Assembly: GCA_964106645.2 (NCBI GenBank)
Contig: OZ067042.1
Strand: one strand, 5' to 3'
Length of the DNA: 64,000 nt
From: Podarcis pityusensis
Taxonomy: Eukaryota
The notes beneath the pieces are model-generated. The model did no database searches. It worked only from the letters and a program-made list of their open reading frames with translations, and was not told where the DNA came from. Position 1 is the stretch's first letter; every line of letters begins with the position of its first letter. Position numbers and translations under genes: made by a program. Shown piece after piece: positions 62,846 through 64,000 of the stretch.

Positions 62846-63427
62846 GTAAGATGGATGTGGCACAACTTCAAGATGGTGCTAGGCATACATAGGAATGAGA
62901 TGCAATATGCCTTGTGAATCCATTCTTAAAGGCTTTCTTCATTCTTTGGTACATTTTGTGAGCGTTGCCGCTGTCAGCAACGAGTTGAATGCTCCAGCGC
63001 AGCTTCAGCCAGTAGTCATTGGCATATCTTTCTGGCAATTCACTAGGCATTGCCAGATGACAGTAAACTAAAATTGTAATTGATTGTAATATGAATAGCA
63101 TGTCTGGTGCTCTTTAAAAGCACCTAGTTGGATAAAATTGCAGAGAGGGTTCCCAGTTATGGCTTTAGTTAGGCTCTCCAGCTGGCATACAGTACCTAGA
63201 ACTTGGGAGAGCTAGTTCTCTCTGTCTGGTATATTTGTGCTGGCTGGGAACTGAGGGTTTTTGTTTTTACTTGTAACTTTATGTATTAACTCAGTGGTAC
63301 ATGGTGGGTTTTAGTACAGGCAGTGAACATTTTGTGCAGGGGTTCCATTCCTGACCCCTGCGTCTATTGGCAGAGCGCACATAAGCCTGCTCTGCCTCCA
63401 TTCTGCTCTCTTCCGGGTCCGAAAGTA

Positions 63428-63686
63428 CCGTATTTTTCGCTCTATAAGACGCACCAGACCACAAGATGCGCCTAGTTTTTGGAGGAGGAAAACAAGAAAA
63501 AAAATATTCTGAATCTCAGAAGCCAGAACAGCAAGAGGGATTGCTGCGCAGTGAAAGCAGCAATCCCTCTTGCTGTTCTGGCTTCTGGGATAGCTGCGCA
63601 GCCTGCATTCACTCCATAAGACGCACACACATTTCCCCTTACTTTTTAGGAGGGGAAAAGTGAGTCTTATAGAGCAAAAAATACGG
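63428..63686. mobile_element. Tc1/mariner (Tc2-like) MITE
   Basis: 23-bp TIR CCGTATTTTTCGCTCTATAAGAC / GTCTTATAGAGCAAAAAATACGG, TA flanks. Confidence 0.88.
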
Positions 63687-63833
63687 TACCTGTGTGTCAG
63701 TGTTCAAGTGGCAATTGGGCGCCTGCAGAATGGTTGCTGCCTGTATTTTATTTGTAAACTGCCCTGAAAACGGTGGTTGAAGAGTGGAATGGACACCTGT
63801 TAAATAAATAATAAAACTTGGCTGTTTTTTCAG

Positions 63834-63985
63834 GATGATTATCCATTGGCCAGTTTACCACTTCTTGGTTACACTGTCAGCACACCCGTAGAGGCCGATG
63901 GCATTCAGAAGGATTATGTCTTCAAACTGCAGTTCAAGTCCCATGTATATTTCTTCAGGGCTGAGAGCAAGTACACCTTTGAGAG
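63834..63985 (+). CDS. FARP2: FARP2 exon 26 (PH2); final exon outside the window
   Basis: DDYPLASLPLLGYTVSTPVEADGIQKDYVFKLQFKSHVYFFRAESKYTFE(R); tttcag| and |gtaagt. Confidence 0.97.
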
Positions 63986-64000
63986 GTAAGTGTGCTTCCT

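Noticed and set aside
8366-63985. Assignment as FARP1 or FRMD7
   Set aside because: MGEIEGTYRVLQT, IWLEPMKPII, HVCWYRNTSVS and YKTHQDDYPLASL match FARP2 as I recall it, and DH-PH-PH exons exclude FRMD7.

Overview
Vertebrate genomic DNA, almost certainly from a squamate (Sauria SINE and Squam3-like SINE; lacertid-like repeat landscape). Nearly the whole window is one + strand gene, FARP2 (FERM, ARH/RhoGEF and pleckstrin domain protein 2). It has a CpG-island promoter with a non-coding first exon (~3.8 kb) and 25 coding exons from ATG 8366 to 63985, all GT-AG and phase-consistent. They encode FERM, FA, linker, DH, PH1 and most of PH2; the last exon lies beyond the window. Introns hold CR1/L2 remnants, SINEs and many Tc1/mariner and hAT MITEs. 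The most interesting signals are hidden isoform modules: (1) the exon 13 frame stays open ~970 nt past its weak donor, predicting an 800-aa FERM-FA protein with a 323-aa acidic Ser-rich tail and no GEF domains, followed by a plausible long 3'UTR; (2) a candidate internal first exon in the same intron could give the complementary DH-PH-PH-only protein; (3) a 21-nt in-frame microexon (LIVLDPP) sits inside PH1; (4) a duplicated, probably mutually exclusive exon pair (24A/24B) swaps the PH1-PH2 linker and is flanked by NOVA/RBFOX/SRRM4-type motifs; (5) a MITE just downstream of 24B carries a 6-copy GC-rich hairpin minisatellite. All homology statements are from recognition and recall, not from database searches.
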